Shown: positions 21,077 to 30,776 of the stretch, one piece after another | Layout of the letters: the number at the start of each line of letters is the position of its first letter | How positions within the stretch are numbered: the first letter of the stretch is position 1 | Assembly: GCA_016710015.1 (NCBI GenBank) | Contig: JADJLR010000008.1 | Coordinates: forward strand, 87,912 to 151,911 | Reading direction: 5' to 3' | DNA: 64,000 nucleotides | Origin: Flavobacteriales bacterium | Lineage (GTDB): Bacteria; Bacteroidota; Bacteroidia; Flavobacteriales_F; PHOS-HE28 | The notes under the pieces: generated by a model | Seen by the model: only the letters and a program-made list of their open reading frames with translations | Databases searched by the model: none | Told to the model about the DNA's origin: nothing | Program-made: the position numbers and the translations under genes

Positions 21077-21996
21077 GTGCGGAAGATCACGTATGCCAAC
21101 TGCACCAAGGGCAAGTAAAGAAAGCTAGCGAACATCAATTGGCGGGCGTAGCGCACATCCTGAGTGAGGAAGAGCCGTAGTGCTGGAACCACCATCACCA
21201 CGCCGCCCAAAGCGGCCACCGCCAAGGCCCAAGGCCCCACGAAACCGAATACCCAGGGCAGCATACCCGTCGGGATCAGGAACAAGGAATAGAGCAGGAT
21301 GATGGCGGATGCTGGCCGATCCGGTGTGCGACCTCCCGGCATCAACCGGAACCCTGCCCGGTGGTAATCCTCATCCAAGACCCATGCGATGGCCCAGAAA
21401 TGGGGGAACTGCCACATGAATTGCATGGCGAAGAGCAAACCCGCTCCAAGATCGAAATGGCCGGTGGCAGCCACATAGCCCAACATGGGTGGAAATGCAC
21501 CCGGAAATGCGCCAACGAAGACCGCCCACGAACTGACCTTTTTCAGCGGCGTGTAAAGCGCCACATACATGAACATGGAAATGAACCCAAGAATGCCCGT
21601 GAGTGCCCCGAACTGCAACCAGAGCATCAATGTGGCGATACCGGCCGCAAGAAAAGCCGCAACTACGGCCTCGGTCCTCGATAACGTACCGCGAACGAGC
21701 GGTCGGTCGCCGGTCCGCTTCATCAGGCCATCTTCCCGCACCTCGAGCACTTGATTGAACGCATTGGAAGCCCCGGTAAGCAAGGTGCCTGCGAAACAAA
21801 GCCCCAAGAGACCGGCCCAGGAGAAGCCACCTTGTGGAATGCCGAAGAGGTAGCCGAATGCTGCGCTCACCACGACCAGTGAAGCCAAGCGAAGCTTGAA
21901 GAGGACGGCCACGCTACGGAACTTGACCGAGAACGGGACGCGGAGCAGGGTACGGGTCTGTGACAAAGCGCGGCAAAAGTACCGATCGGGATCCAA
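21073..21996 (-). CDS. ctaB: protoheme IX farnesyltransferase (heme O synthase)
   Basis: UbiA-family motifs NQVLEVREDGLMKRTGDRPLVRG and YHRAGFRLMP; 8-9 TM helices; overlaps the CoxIII-like stop. Confidence 0.85.
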   Translation of the reverse strand: MDPDRYFCRALSQTRTLLRVPFSVKFRSVAVLFKLRLASLVVVSAAFGYLFGIPQGGFSWAGLLGLCFAGTLLTGASNAFNQVLEVREDGLMKRTGDRPLVRGTLSRTEAVVAAFLAAGIATLMLWLQFGALTGILGFISMFMYVALYTPLKKVSSWAVFVGAFPGAFPPMLGYVAATGHFDLGAGLLFAMQFMWQFPHFWAIAWVLDEDYHRAGFRLMPGGRTPDRPASAIILLYSLFLIPTGMLPWVFGFVGPWALAVAALGGVVMVVPALRLFLTQDVRYARQLMFASFLYLPLVQLAYVIFRT

Positions 21997-22039
21997 TGCC
22001 GGACCAATTCAGCTCAAGCCAGCCGAATGGTCCATTCTT

Positions 22040-23635
22040 TTAGCGTAACCGATACCGCACCTCTTGTTCCGGATGTTGATCCAGGAAGTGGCAAACCAGT
22101 CCGACACGCACGAAGTGCAAGGTGGTGGGGTCCTCCTTCGGCGGATCCCGCATCCGGTAGGTATAGGAGGCCTCCAAGCGCATGGCCGATCGCGGGTCCA
22201 GGGTCCAACCCACGCGCGCTTCGGCTTGGAAGATGTACTTGCTCTGGAAGTCGCCCGTGCGGTACCCGAAATCATTCCGCGCCCCATTCGGTTTGAGTGG
22301 ACGCTCACTCTCCGGTCGGAAGATGTTATTCCCGTAACTATCCACGCTGTCCGTACCCATGTGTGCAAAGCTGGACCGTACGCTGAAGACCCACCGATCG
22401 CGGACCAGATCCACATGTGCGAGGACCTCTTCCGTGTTGGAGCCGTATGGATGCGCAAGTGGTTGGCCCATGTGTGCATAGTTCTGGCGCGTATCCGAGT
22501 GCGTGTACATGAAGGGCCGAACAAGGTTCCATTCCGCCCGTAGCTGCAAGCCATGAACCCCGAAGGCCTCGTGCGCATTCACCCCGATCTGACCCGCTTG
22601 TTTGTTGGCATACCAGCCATTGCCATTGCGCACATTGGAGGCCAGGAACTCGTCCAGCATCACCTGGCCATAGAACAGCACGTGCTTCCCCACTTTTACA
22701 TTCAATGCGAACCCCAAGAGTGCGTTGTCCGGCGAGCCGAGTCGGAATTCCGTGGGCCGATAGAAAAGGACCGGATTCAGGTAGTTGAATTCGAACCCGC
22801 GCGGGTATTCATCACTTCCCGGCGACCATACGATGGCCTCGAAAACGGCGACATTGACGCGGTCGATCACGTTGTACGAGAGGTAATGCATGCTGGTGAA
22901 CTTGCGCTGGAAGTCAGCCACGTTCCCATCCGCACCTCGGATGTCGTTCATCACCGCGAAGAGATCCACATACTTGATCCGCCACACCGAAGTGGTCATC
23001 CGCAAATAGGGGTAGCTCGTGGCCTCATCCGAAAGGAACAGGGAGCGGTGCCCTTCTCCGAAGAAATTCTTGCCCCTACCGAGGGTAACGTTGATGTACT
23101 TGTGTGCATCCCAACTCACATGTGCATTCCAGCTGTAGTGGGCGAAGTCCGGTGCCGTGCCATAACCGTAGCCTTCGCCAGCGACCACCTGGGTAGCCCG
23201 GGCCACACTGTCCAAGTAGCTCGGAAGTCGTTCGTTCCACCCTTGACCATCCACATGGAAATTCAGTTTGCTGCCAGCGTCCAGATCGGCCCAAAGCCCA
23301 GCACCACTGCGGTAGCGCACTCCGGAGGCATTCCCCTCGTAACCCACGCTGGCATCCACCAAGGGTCCCCAGCGGAACTTGCGGCCGTTGTTGCGTCCTG
23401 CCCACTTGTCCAGCACACCGAAAGCGGCCTTGGGTAGTGCTGAATCCGGAATGGCCGCTACCCGCAAGGTGGCGGTCGAATACGGTCGGATGGACGTATG
23501 CACATCCGACTTGAAGGCTTGAAGGCGTGAGGCGAATGGCCGTTCGACTTCACGACTCACGGTGGACCAGCCGGTCTGTGCTTGCCCCAACGCAGCCGCC
23601 AGCAACAAAACGAACAGGACGAGTACCCGATTCAT
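22040..23635 (-). CDS. outer-membrane beta-barrel protein, capsule-assembly Wzi-like family (paralogue A)
   Basis: Start MNRVLVLFVLLLAAALGQAQ at 23635 by index (ATGA overlap with upstream GT4 gene). ~530 aa, signal peptide, alternating-hydrophobic beta-strand pattern. Paralogous to 24753..26336; family assignment tentative. Confidence 0.5.
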   Translation of the reverse strand: MNRVLVLFVLLLAAALGQAQTGWSTVSREVERPFASRLQAFKSDVHTSIRPYSTATLRVAAIPDSALPKAAFGVLDKWAGRNNGRKFRWGPLVDASVGYEGNASGVRYRSGAGLWADLDAGSKLNFHVDGQGWNERLPSYLDSVARATQVVAGEGYGYGTAPDFAHYSWNAHVSWDAHKYINVTLGRGKNFFGEGHRSLFLSDEATSYPYLRMTTSVWRIKYVDLFAVMNDIRGADGNVADFQRKFTSMHYLSYNVIDRVNVAVFEAIVWSPGSDEYPRGFEFNYLNPVLFYRPTEFRLGSPDNALLGFALNVKVGKHVLFYGQVMLDEFLASNVRNGNGWYANKQAGQIGVNAHEAFGVHGLQLRAEWNLVRPFMYTHSDTRQNYAHMGQPLAHPYGSNTEEVLAHVDLVRDRWVFSVRSSFAHMGTDSVDSYGNNIFRPESERPLKPNGARNDFGYRTGDFQSKYIFQAEARVGWTLDPRSAMRLEASYTYRMRDPPKEDPTTLHFVRVGLVCHFLDQHPEQEVRYRLR

Positions 23636-24756
23636 GCGTTCCGCTTGGGCCACACGAAGGGCAACATGGCCAACGCGAAGGCCGAGGTCCCCAAGACCAT
23701 TAGACCGATGTTCGGGTGCCATTTCCGTGTGGCCAAACTCAACCCGATGATCGCGATGGAATAGAGGTAGATCAGGAAGGTGGTTTTGCGGTGACCCAGA
23801 TCCAAGGCCATGAGCCGGTGGTGGATGTGGTTGCGGTCCGCAGCGAATGGTGATACCCCGCGTACCGTTCTGTACACGAAGATCCGGAGGGTATCCACCA
23901 ACGGATAGGCGATCACGGCCATGGCGAAAATGGGTGTCGGGATCTGCTTCAGGTACACCGGAAGACGTGCGGTGTCATGGTCCACGACCTTCATGGCCAA
24001 TACGGCAATGATGGCTCCGATGATGAGCGAACCGCTATCGCCCATGAAGATCCGGGCCGGATGCCAGTTGAACACGAGGAAGGCCACCAAGGATCCAGCA
24101 AGGACGAATGCCAGAAGCGAAAGTGCGATATCGCCCGCGAGATACAGCCAAGTGCCATACGCCATGGAAGCGATCAGGCCGACCCCTCCAGCAAGTCCGT
24201 CCACACCATCGATCAAGTTGAACGCATTCACCAACACCACATAAACAAAGAAGGACAAGGCGATGCTCACGTACTCCGGCAGTGCATACACTCCGAATAG
24301 TCCATGCATGTCCGTGATCCGGATCTCGGCCATCATCACCAGGATGTACCCCACCACCATGTGGCCCACCAGTTTCTTCACCGGAGAGAAGCCGATGATA
24401 TCATCCTTCACCCCGATGAAGAATAGCAATACCATGGCCGAAAGCAGGAATTTGAAATCCTTGTACGCCGCGCCCATCGCGAAGTACATCGTCTTGTAAT
24501 ACGGAAGGTCATCGGACACGAGCGAGGCGTTCGGGAACCAGAGCGAATAACTGAAGATGATGGCGGCGAAAAGGATGATGCCACCGATGGTAGGAACGCT
24601 GCGGTGATGCACCTTCCGCTGTTCCGAAGGTTCGTCCACGAGGTGTTTCATACGCGCCACCTTGATCAGTGACGGCATGGTGAAGAGCACCACAAAGAAT
24701 GATGTGATGCCACCGAGCAGGAGGATGTAGCCGTGTTCCTTCAAACGAGCGATCAA
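23632..24756 (-). CDS. glycosyltransferase family 4, MraY/WecA-like (undecaprenyl-phosphate sugar-1-phosphate transferase)
   Basis: 374 aa, ~10 TM helices. NAFNLIDGVDGLAGG and IGVKDDIIG motifs of polyprenyl-phosphate N-acetylhexosamine-1-phosphate transferases. Confidence 0.8.
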   Translation of the reverse strand: MIARLKEHGYILLLGGITSFFVVLFTMPSLIKVARMKHLVDEPSEQRKVHHRSVPTIGGIILFAAIIFSYSLWFPNASLVSDDLPYYKTMYFAMGAAYKDFKFLLSAMVLLFFIGVKDDIIGFSPVKKLVGHMVVGYILVMMAEIRITDMHGLFGVYALPEYVSIALSFFVYVVLVNAFNLIDGVDGLAGGVGLIASMAYGTWLYLAGDIALSLLAFVLAGSLVAFLVFNWHPARIFMGDSGSLIIGAIIAVLAMKVVDHDTARLPVYLKQIPTPIFAMAVIAYPLVDTLRIFVYRTVRGVSPFAADRNHIHHRLMALDLGHRKTTFLIYLYSIAIIGLSLATRKWHPNIGLMVLGTSAFALAMLPFVWPKRNA

Positions 24757-26336
24757 ATATCGTAATAGCGGTTGAAGAGCGCCGTTCGAATACCGAAGTA
24801 TGCAAAGGTACTCTGCCCGTTATCCGTCGAGTTGGTCAAAGAGCGGCGTTGCACCCCTACATAGAGCCGCAAGTTGGTGTTTGCATTGAAGAGGTAGCTC
24901 ACCGAGGCATCCAAGTACGTGAGTTGCCGCACGACCGGTCCATCCGGCCCTTGAACGGCGATATCGGAACGGTTCAGGCTACTGCCGTAGTTCTCCGTGG
25001 TATTGGGGTCCTTGTGGTAGGTGGCCAGGACCAATCGGGCTTGTCCCCAGATCCGCCCGAACCCGGCATCGACCAGCGCCACCGTTTCGTTGAAGTACGC
25101 CCCCATCGGATGTGCCAACGGTAGCCCGGCATGCTTGTAGGCCAGCTTGGCAGGGTTATTCTGATAGGTGAATGGCTGGGCGGCATTGTACTCCAGTTGC
25201 ACGTGCAGGTCCTTCCGCAGCACATCGAACCAACGAACACCCGCTTGGTAAGCGTATCGTTGCTTGGACGGATCGTCCGTGGCGAATTGCCCGTAGATGT
25301 AGCCCTTCTCCGTGACCTTCACGCGCAGGTCCAGCCCTACCACACTCTTCTCGATCCCATCGAAACCCCGCACCAAAGCATTCACCCCGATCACCGGATT
25401 CAGTTCCAACGCATCGAAGTCCTGCACGCCCGCACTGTCGATGTCCTGGAAAATGGTGCTCTCGAACAACCCTAGCTGTACACGACCCAAGTTCACGCTA
25501 AGGTGGTTGAAGCGGCCGCGCATCCAATAGAACAAGGATTCGCTGGAACCGACCGAGGGTAAGCGATCACTGGTCTGCACCCCGCTCTGCAATTTGCTCA
25601 ACCATGTGGTGTATTGGAAACGCTTGTTCAGGGAAAGCGCGCTCAGTTTGAAGTAGGGCGCACTCACCGCATGATCACTGAGCAGCACCGAACGGTAGCC
25701 GTGGCCCACGAAATGCCTGCCCTGCCCCAATTGGACATTCAACCATTCCGCAGCCTTGTACGACACGACACCTTGGGACCACCCGTAGTCCAGTATGCGC
25801 CCGCTCTGCAATTTCACTCGGCCTTGCCCAGAGATGACACCTTCGCTGGCCGACTGCAAGAAGATGTATTGGGGCAGGATGGCCTGGTGTTCCTGCACCA
25901 TGGTGTAGAACGAGATCCGGGAACCCAGATCACCGGTGATGTACACGCCCCGTACGTTGCTGTAGTACCGGTTGGTATCCGTGTAGGCCGTACGATCGCC
26001 GAAGTCATTGCCATATTCGAATTGCACCAGCGGATCGGCGGTCAACTTGAAGTCTTCCCCCTTGATCTCCAACAGGTGGGTCTTGAACAGCTTCTCGGTG
26101 ATCCAGTAGTAGTACTTGGTAGTATCCACGCGGTGGCCCATGACGTTGGTGAGGTCCGCACGGGATTCGATCACCGGCTTCAGGCCAGAATGGATCCGGG
26201 CATCCAGTTTGGCCGCATTGCGTTCCACATCGATGTAGCTGTCCCGGTGGAACGGAATGTCGTTCTGCTGTGCTACCGACCACGCCGCGAGCAGGATCGG
26301 AAGGAGTACAAGGGCCCGGAAGGGAGCGCACGACAT
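24753..26336 (-). CDS. outer-membrane beta-barrel protein, capsule-assembly Wzi-like family (paralogue B)
   Basis: Start MSCAPFRALVLLPILLAAWSVAQQ at 26336. Collinear similarity with 22040..23635: HFVGHGYRSVLLSD vs NFFGEGHRSLFLSD, AHPMGAYFNETVA vs AHPYGSNTEEVLA. Confidence 0.5.
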   Translation of the reverse strand: MSCAPFRALVLLPILLAAWSVAQQNDIPFHRDSYIDVERNAAKLDARIHSGLKPVIESRADLTNVMGHRVDTTKYYYWITEKLFKTHLLEIKGEDFKLTADPLVQFEYGNDFGDRTAYTDTNRYYSNVRGVYITGDLGSRISFYTMVQEHQAILPQYIFLQSASEGVISGQGRVKLQSGRILDYGWSQGVVSYKAAEWLNVQLGQGRHFVGHGYRSVLLSDHAVSAPYFKLSALSLNKRFQYTTWLSKLQSGVQTSDRLPSVGSSESLFYWMRGRFNHLSVNLGRVQLGLFESTIFQDIDSAGVQDFDALELNPVIGVNALVRGFDGIEKSVVGLDLRVKVTEKGYIYGQFATDDPSKQRYAYQAGVRWFDVLRKDLHVQLEYNAAQPFTYQNNPAKLAYKHAGLPLAHPMGAYFNETVALVDAGFGRIWGQARLVLATYHKDPNTTENYGSSLNRSDIAVQGPDGPVVRQLTYLDASVSYLFNANTNLRLYVGVQRRSLTNSTDNGQSTFAYFGIRTALFNRYYDI

Positions 26337-26417
26337 GGCCGCCGAAGGTAGTGGGATGGCCGGTACCAAACGCTGACCGCCCGGATGGTCCGGACGTTCA
26401 AAGCGGTCGAAGTGGTC

Positions 26418-27368
26418 TCAGGCCTTCGCCACCCCGGATGCCAATTCGCTCTTCGCGAACTCGGCATAGACGCTGGTGATGCCTTCACGCAAGTCGATGC
26501 GGTGCTTCCAACCCATGTTGTGCAGGCGCGAAACATCCATCAGTTTGCGGGGCGTGCCATCAGGCTTCGAAGTGTTCCACTTCAGTTCACCACTGAAACC
26601 GACCACGTCCTTGATCAATTCGGCGAGCTCCTTGATGGTGAGGTCCTCTCCGGTCCCGATGTTCACGAAGAGCTCTTCATCGTAGTTCTGTAGCAGGTGG
26701 AAGCAGGCATCGGCGAGGTCGTCCACGTGTAGGAATTCGCGGCGCGGACTGCCACTGCCCCATACCTCTACGGTCGGTGCGTTGGAGATCTTCGCGGTGT
26801 GGAACTTCCGGATCAATGCGGGTAGCACGTGGCTGTTGTTCAGGTCATAGTTGTCGTTCGGGCCATAGAGATTGGTGGGCATGGCGCTGATGAAGTTGCT
26901 GCCATACTGCCGCCGGTAGCTCTCGGCCAATTTGATGCCCGCGATCTTGGCGATGGCATAGGGTTCGTTGGTCTGTTCCAACACACCGCTTAGCAAGCTC
27001 TCCTCCTTCAACGGTTGTGGCGCCATCTTCGGATAGATGCACGACGAACCGAGGAAGAGCAACTTCTTCACTCCATTCTCATGGCTGGAGTGGATCACGT
27101 TGCTTTCGATCATCAGGTTCTCGTACAGGAACTGCGCACGGTACACGTTGTTCGCGTGTATGCCGCCCACCTTCGCTGCGGCGAGCACCACCACATCGGG
27201 CTTCTCCTGTGCGAAGAAGTCGCGAACCGCCTGCTGCTCCTTCAGGTCCAGCTCCTTGCTCGTGCGCGTCAGGATGTTGGTAAAGCCTTCCGCTTGCAGC
27301 TTACGGATGATGGCACTGCCCACCATGCCGCGATGGCCTGCGATGTAGATCTTGTCGGTCTTGTTCAT
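26418..27368 (-). CDS. fcl: GDP-L-fucose synthase
   Basis: Start [24 protein letters not shown] at 27368. SDR-extended fold; YxxxK context; 316 aa. Confidence 0.85.
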   Translation of the reverse strand: MNKTDKIYIAGHRGMVGSAIIRKLQAEGFTNILTRTSKELDLKEQQAVRDFFAQEKPDVVVLAAAKVGGIHANNVYRAQFLYENLMIESNVIHSSHENGVKKLLFLGSSCIYPKMAPQPLKEESLLSGVLEQTNEPYAIAKIAGIKLAESYRRQYGSNFISAMPTNLYGPNDNYDLNNSHVLPALIRKFHTAKISNAPTVEVWGSGSPRREFLHVDDLADACFHLLQNYDEELFVNIGTGEDLTIKELAELIKDVVGFSGELKWNTSKPDGTPRKLMDVSRLHNMGWKHRIDLREGITSVYAEFAKSELASGVAKA

Positions 27369-27482
27369 GGCTTTCGCATTGATGGGGGCGTTGTCATTCC
27401 GGGCTTGACCCGGAATCGCGTACGTGGTTCCTGAATTCACGGGCCGAAGATCTTCGGCCCCTAAGGAATGATCGCTACGCGA

Positions 27483-28688
27483 TCATTCCTGCTCATGCAG
27501 GATCTTGTGTCCTCCTTTCTTCAGGTACACATCGCGCTTGAAGAGCTCGAGGTCGCTTTGCACCATTTCCTTCACCAAGGCTTTCAGGTCATAGGTGTGC
27601 TTCCAACCCAATACGCGTTTGGCCTTGCTGGGGTCGCCTTCCAAGTGGTCCACTTCCGCTGGGCGGTAGTAGCGCGGATCGATGGCGACCATCACCTTGC
27701 CGGTCTTTTTATCGATGCCCTTTTCCTTCACGCCCTTTCCCTTCCACTCCAACTTAACGCCTACCTCAGAGAAGGCGAGATCGATGAAATGGCGCACGGT
27801 GTAGGTCTTGCCGGTTGCGAGGACGAAATCATCGGGCTTCTTGGCTTGAAGCATCCGCCACATCCCTTCCACGTAGTCCTTGGCGTGGCCCCAATCACGC
27901 TTGGCATCGAGGTTGCCGAGGTAGAGCACATCCTGTAGACCCAGTTTGATCTTGGCCACGGCCCGTGTGATCTTGCGGGTAACGAAGGTCTCGCCACGCA
28001 GCGGGCTCTCGTGGTTGAAGAGGATGCCGTTGCACGCGAACATGTTGTAGCTCTCGCGGTAGTTCTTGGTGATCCAAAAGCCGTAGAGTTTTGCAACGCC
28101 ATACGGACTCTTCGGGTAGAAGGGCGTCTCTTCGTTCTGCGCGCGCGGCAACACACCACCGTACAATTCGCTGGTGCTGGCCTGGTAGAACCTGGTCTTC
28201 TTCTCCATGCCTAGGATGCGGATCGCTTCGAGGAAACGGAGTGTTCCGATGCCATCGGCGTTGGCCGTGTACTCGGGCATTTCAAAGCTCACGGCCACAT
28301 GGCTCATCGCCGCGAGGTTGTAGATCTCATCCGGTTGGATCTCCTTCACCAAACGCAAGCAGTTGACACTGTCGGTCAAGTCCCCGTAGTGCAGGTGGAA
28401 AGGGCGGCCCTTCTCGTGCATGTCGTGGTAGAGGTGGTCGATGCGGTCGGTATTAAACAACGAACTGCGCCGTTTGATGCCGTGAACTTCGTAGCCCTTG
28501 CTCAACAGAAGCTCGCTGAGGTAGGCACCATCCTGACCGGTGACCCCGGTGATCAACGCAACTTTCCGGCGGCCACCTTTGGCTCTGGCAGATGTGGGTT
28601 TCGCGGACTTGGCGGCCTTCACGGCCTTTGGCTTCTTGGCTGTAGCAACGGCGGGCTTCCGCGCTGTGGTCGTGCGTTTGGTTGTCAT
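27483..28688 (-). CDS. gmd: GDP-mannose 4,6-dehydratase with a 40-residue Lys/Ala-rich basic N-terminal extension
   Basis: Residues 45-401 are canonical Gmd ([30 protein letters not shown] ...). They are preceded by [41 protein letters not shown], which is histone H1-like low complexity. Confidence 0.85.
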   Translation of the reverse strand: MTTKRTTTARKPAVATAKKPKAVKAAKSAKPTSARAKGGRRKVALITGVTGQDGAYLSELLLSKGYEVHGIKRRSSLFNTDRIDHLYHDMHEKGRPFHLHYGDLTDSVNCLRLVKEIQPDEIYNLAAMSHVAVSFEMPEYTANADGIGTLRFLEAIRILGMEKKTRFYQASTSELYGGVLPRAQNEETPFYPKSPYGVAKLYGFWITKNYRESYNMFACNGILFNHESPLRGETFVTRKITRAVAKIKLGLQDVLYLGNLDAKRDWGHAKDYVEGMWRMLQAKKPDDFVLATGKTYTVRHFIDLAFSEVGVKLEWKGKGVKEKGIDKKTGKVMVAIDPRYYRPAEVDHLEGDPSKAKRVLGWKHTYDLKALVKEMVQSDLELFKRDVYLKKGGHKILHEQE

Positions 28689-28694
28689 AAGTGG

Positions 28695-29537
28695 TTATTG
28701 GACAACGAACCAGTTGTTCACCAGTTCGTGTTTGTTGTAACGCATGGGTGCGTTGGTTGTCACGTCGATCAATTCTTTTCCCGCTTCGGCACAGATGATC
28801 TGCCCAGCGCCCGTATCCCACTCCATGGTCGGTGCGTAGCGCGGGTACACATTCGCGGCCCCTTCGGCCACGAGTCCGAACTTCAGCGCACTGCCCATGG
28901 AGGCGAATTCAACGGTGCCATGCTCCCGCTCCCGCTCCACAATGAAAGCCTCGGTCTCCGGACTCCGGTGCGATCGACTGGCCAGAATGGTATAGGCCGA
29001 CGTTTCGGTATTTGGCAATCGAGCGGACATGGCGACGCGTTCATACGCTGAAACACCCGCTCGGGTTGCTGCTTGTACATTCAGAAAAGCACCGTGCCCT
29101 TGTGTGGCGAAATACAGCTTGTCCAGGACCGGAGCATAGATCACACCCAAGATGGGCCTTGCAGCACCCGTTGGGCCTGCCGGTTGCTGATCGCGCTGCA
29201 TCAAGGCGATACAGACCGCGAACTCGTCATTCCGTTTCACGAATTCCTTGGTACCGTCCAGCGGATCCACCAACCAGTACTGTTCCCATGCCTGCCGTTC
29301 CGGAATGGGAAAGGAAGCGCCTTCTTCACTCAAGATGGGTATACCCGTGCCCGCGAGTACTTTGGAAATGGCCCGGTTGGAGCGTTCATCCGCTTCGGTC
29401 AGTGGGGATCGATCCTCTTTGTACGTCACTTGGATCGTGCCGGCATACACTTCCATGATCGCCGCGCCACCAGCGAGTGCCGCTTCGATCGCTGCGGTGA
29501 GCATGGGCATCAATGGGTCTTTGGTCATGGGCGGCAA
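28695..29537 (-). CDS. cysQ: 3'(2'),5'-bisphosphate nucleotidase CysQ / inositol monophosphatase family
   Basis: WLVDPLDGTKEF and metal-binding motifs of the IMPase/CysQ family; 280 aa. Confidence 0.7.
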   Translation of the reverse strand: MPPMTKDPLMPMLTAAIEAALAGGAAIMEVYAGTIQVTYKEDRSPLTEADERSNRAISKVLAGTGIPILSEEGASFPIPERQAWEQYWLVDPLDGTKEFVKRNDEFAVCIALMQRDQQPAGPTGAARPILGVIYAPVLDKLYFATQGHGAFLNVQAATRAGVSAYERVAMSARLPNTETSAYTILASRSHRSPETEAFIVEREREHGTVEFASMGSALKFGLVAEGAANVYPRYAPTMEWDTGAGQIICAEAGKELIDVTTNAPMRYNKHELVNNWFVVQ

Positions 29538-29667
29538 AGGTAATCCGCTATGTTAGCGACCGATCCGCTGTGATCCAGCACCACAGGAAGACCTCCCATA
29601 CCCGCGCCCTGAACGCGAACGGACCCGTTCCAACTGGACGGGTCCGTTCGCTCGAAGTGGTTATCGA

Positions 29668-29817
29668 TCAGGCCTTGCCCATGATCTTGAACATGCCCGT
29701 ACCGCACGTGGGGCAGGTCCCTTTCATCGCTTTTCGGCCGTTGGCCATCACGACTTCCTTCGGGTCCTTCATGTCGCGTTTCGCCTTACACTTCACACAA
29801 TATGCTTCCACTGCCAT
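29668..29817 (-). CDS. DUF5679 zinc-ribbon small protein
   Basis: 49 aa MAVEAYCVKCKAKRDMKDPKEVVMANGRKAMKGTCPTCGTGMFKIMGKA: two CxxC pairs and the conserved KNGR.AMKG.C..CG.KMFKI signature. Confidence 0.6.
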   Translation of the reverse strand: MAVEAYCVKCKAKRDMKDPKEVVMANGRKAMKGTCPTCGTGMFKIMGKA

Positions 29818-30006
29818 GGTCGTAGGATTTGGGTCCACGGTGAGGTGGACAGGTTGAACGTGAAGCCAAGGTAGCCGCCTGAAGCTGGAATGATACCCCC
29901 AACACAGCATGGGTTATCAACACCATCCTACTCTCTTTCCGGAATACGGGCATCCCGACCCACCCCATTCGTTCGATCCGGGCCTACGTTTGTCCATCTC
30001 ATAAGG

Positions 30007-30666
30007 ATGTCATCGATCGCGAATCCCCGTACGGACCTCCAGTGGGTAGAGCACCAGTTCGACCGCGTGGCGTGGAGCTACCCGTTCTTCGAGCGGCTCT
30101 TTTTGGTGCCCCGGCGTGCGCGGGACCTTGCCGTTGAACGACTACAGGCCGGATCCGGACAATGCATCCTCAGCATCGGTTGCGGACGGGGCTCCATGCT
30201 GCCTGCTATTTCTGCCCAAGTTGGGGTCCATGGTGAAGTTCATGGTCTGGATCTTTCAGTACGCATGCTACAAGCAGCTGAACGTACCGCACGCCAGCAT
30301 GACCTGAAGAACATCCGCCTGACCCGAACGGACCTACATCGATACTCCCCCGCCGAGCCATATCATTCCGTTCTCTTCGGCTTTTCACTTTCCTCCTTCG
30401 CTGATCCCGATATCGCGCTTCAGCATGCATGGAGCTTTCTTCGGCCCGGCGGTCGGTTGGTGGTGCTCGATGCGCGGATCCCACCCCCCATGGAACGGAT
30501 CACGCGTCCCTTCTTGCCAGCCATCCGGTGGTTCATGGAACAAACCGTGTTGGGTGATCCGGACATGCGCCCCTTGGTTGCATTGGAACAGCTCGGGGCC
30601 CCTGTTGCTTTGAACACGATGCGCTGGGGTACCTACTTCGTTGCAACCGTGCAGAAACCGGAATAG
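30007..30666 (+). CDS. class I SAM-dependent methyltransferase
   Basis: ILSIGCGRGSM (motif I), VHGLDLS (motif II), RLTRTDLH; start MSSIANPRTDL at 30007 by index. Confidence 0.7.
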   Translation: MSSIANPRTDLQWVEHQFDRVAWSYPFFERLFLVPRRARDLAVERLQAGSGQCILSIGCGRGSMLPAISAQVGVHGEVHGLDLSVRMLQAAERTARQHDLKNIRLTRTDLHRYSPAEPYHSVLFGFSLSSFADPDIALQHAWSFLRPGGRLVVLDARIPPPMERITRPFLPAIRWFMEQTVLGDPDMRPLVALEQLGAPVALNTMRWGTYFVATVQKPE

Positions 30667-30776
30667 CCGGATACGTTCAGCACGGCGTGATCGGCTTGGA
30701 TCCTAGCTGCGATACAATGCCCACACGGTTTCTACCAGAAGTATGGGTCTATCTTCGAGTTTTGATACGATGCCCG

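Noticed and set aside
1278-29051. Many 100-460-aa antisense or off-frame ORFs (e.g. 1278..2378, 3326..4141, 4169..5206, 9506..10894, 11482..12141, 12607..13578, 18321..19064, 22553..23437, 25614..26351, 28299..29051)
   Set aside because: Each lies entirely within a better-supported gene with clear family motifs on the other strand or frame. They show the His/Arg/Gly-rich composition expected from high-GC shadow ORFs.
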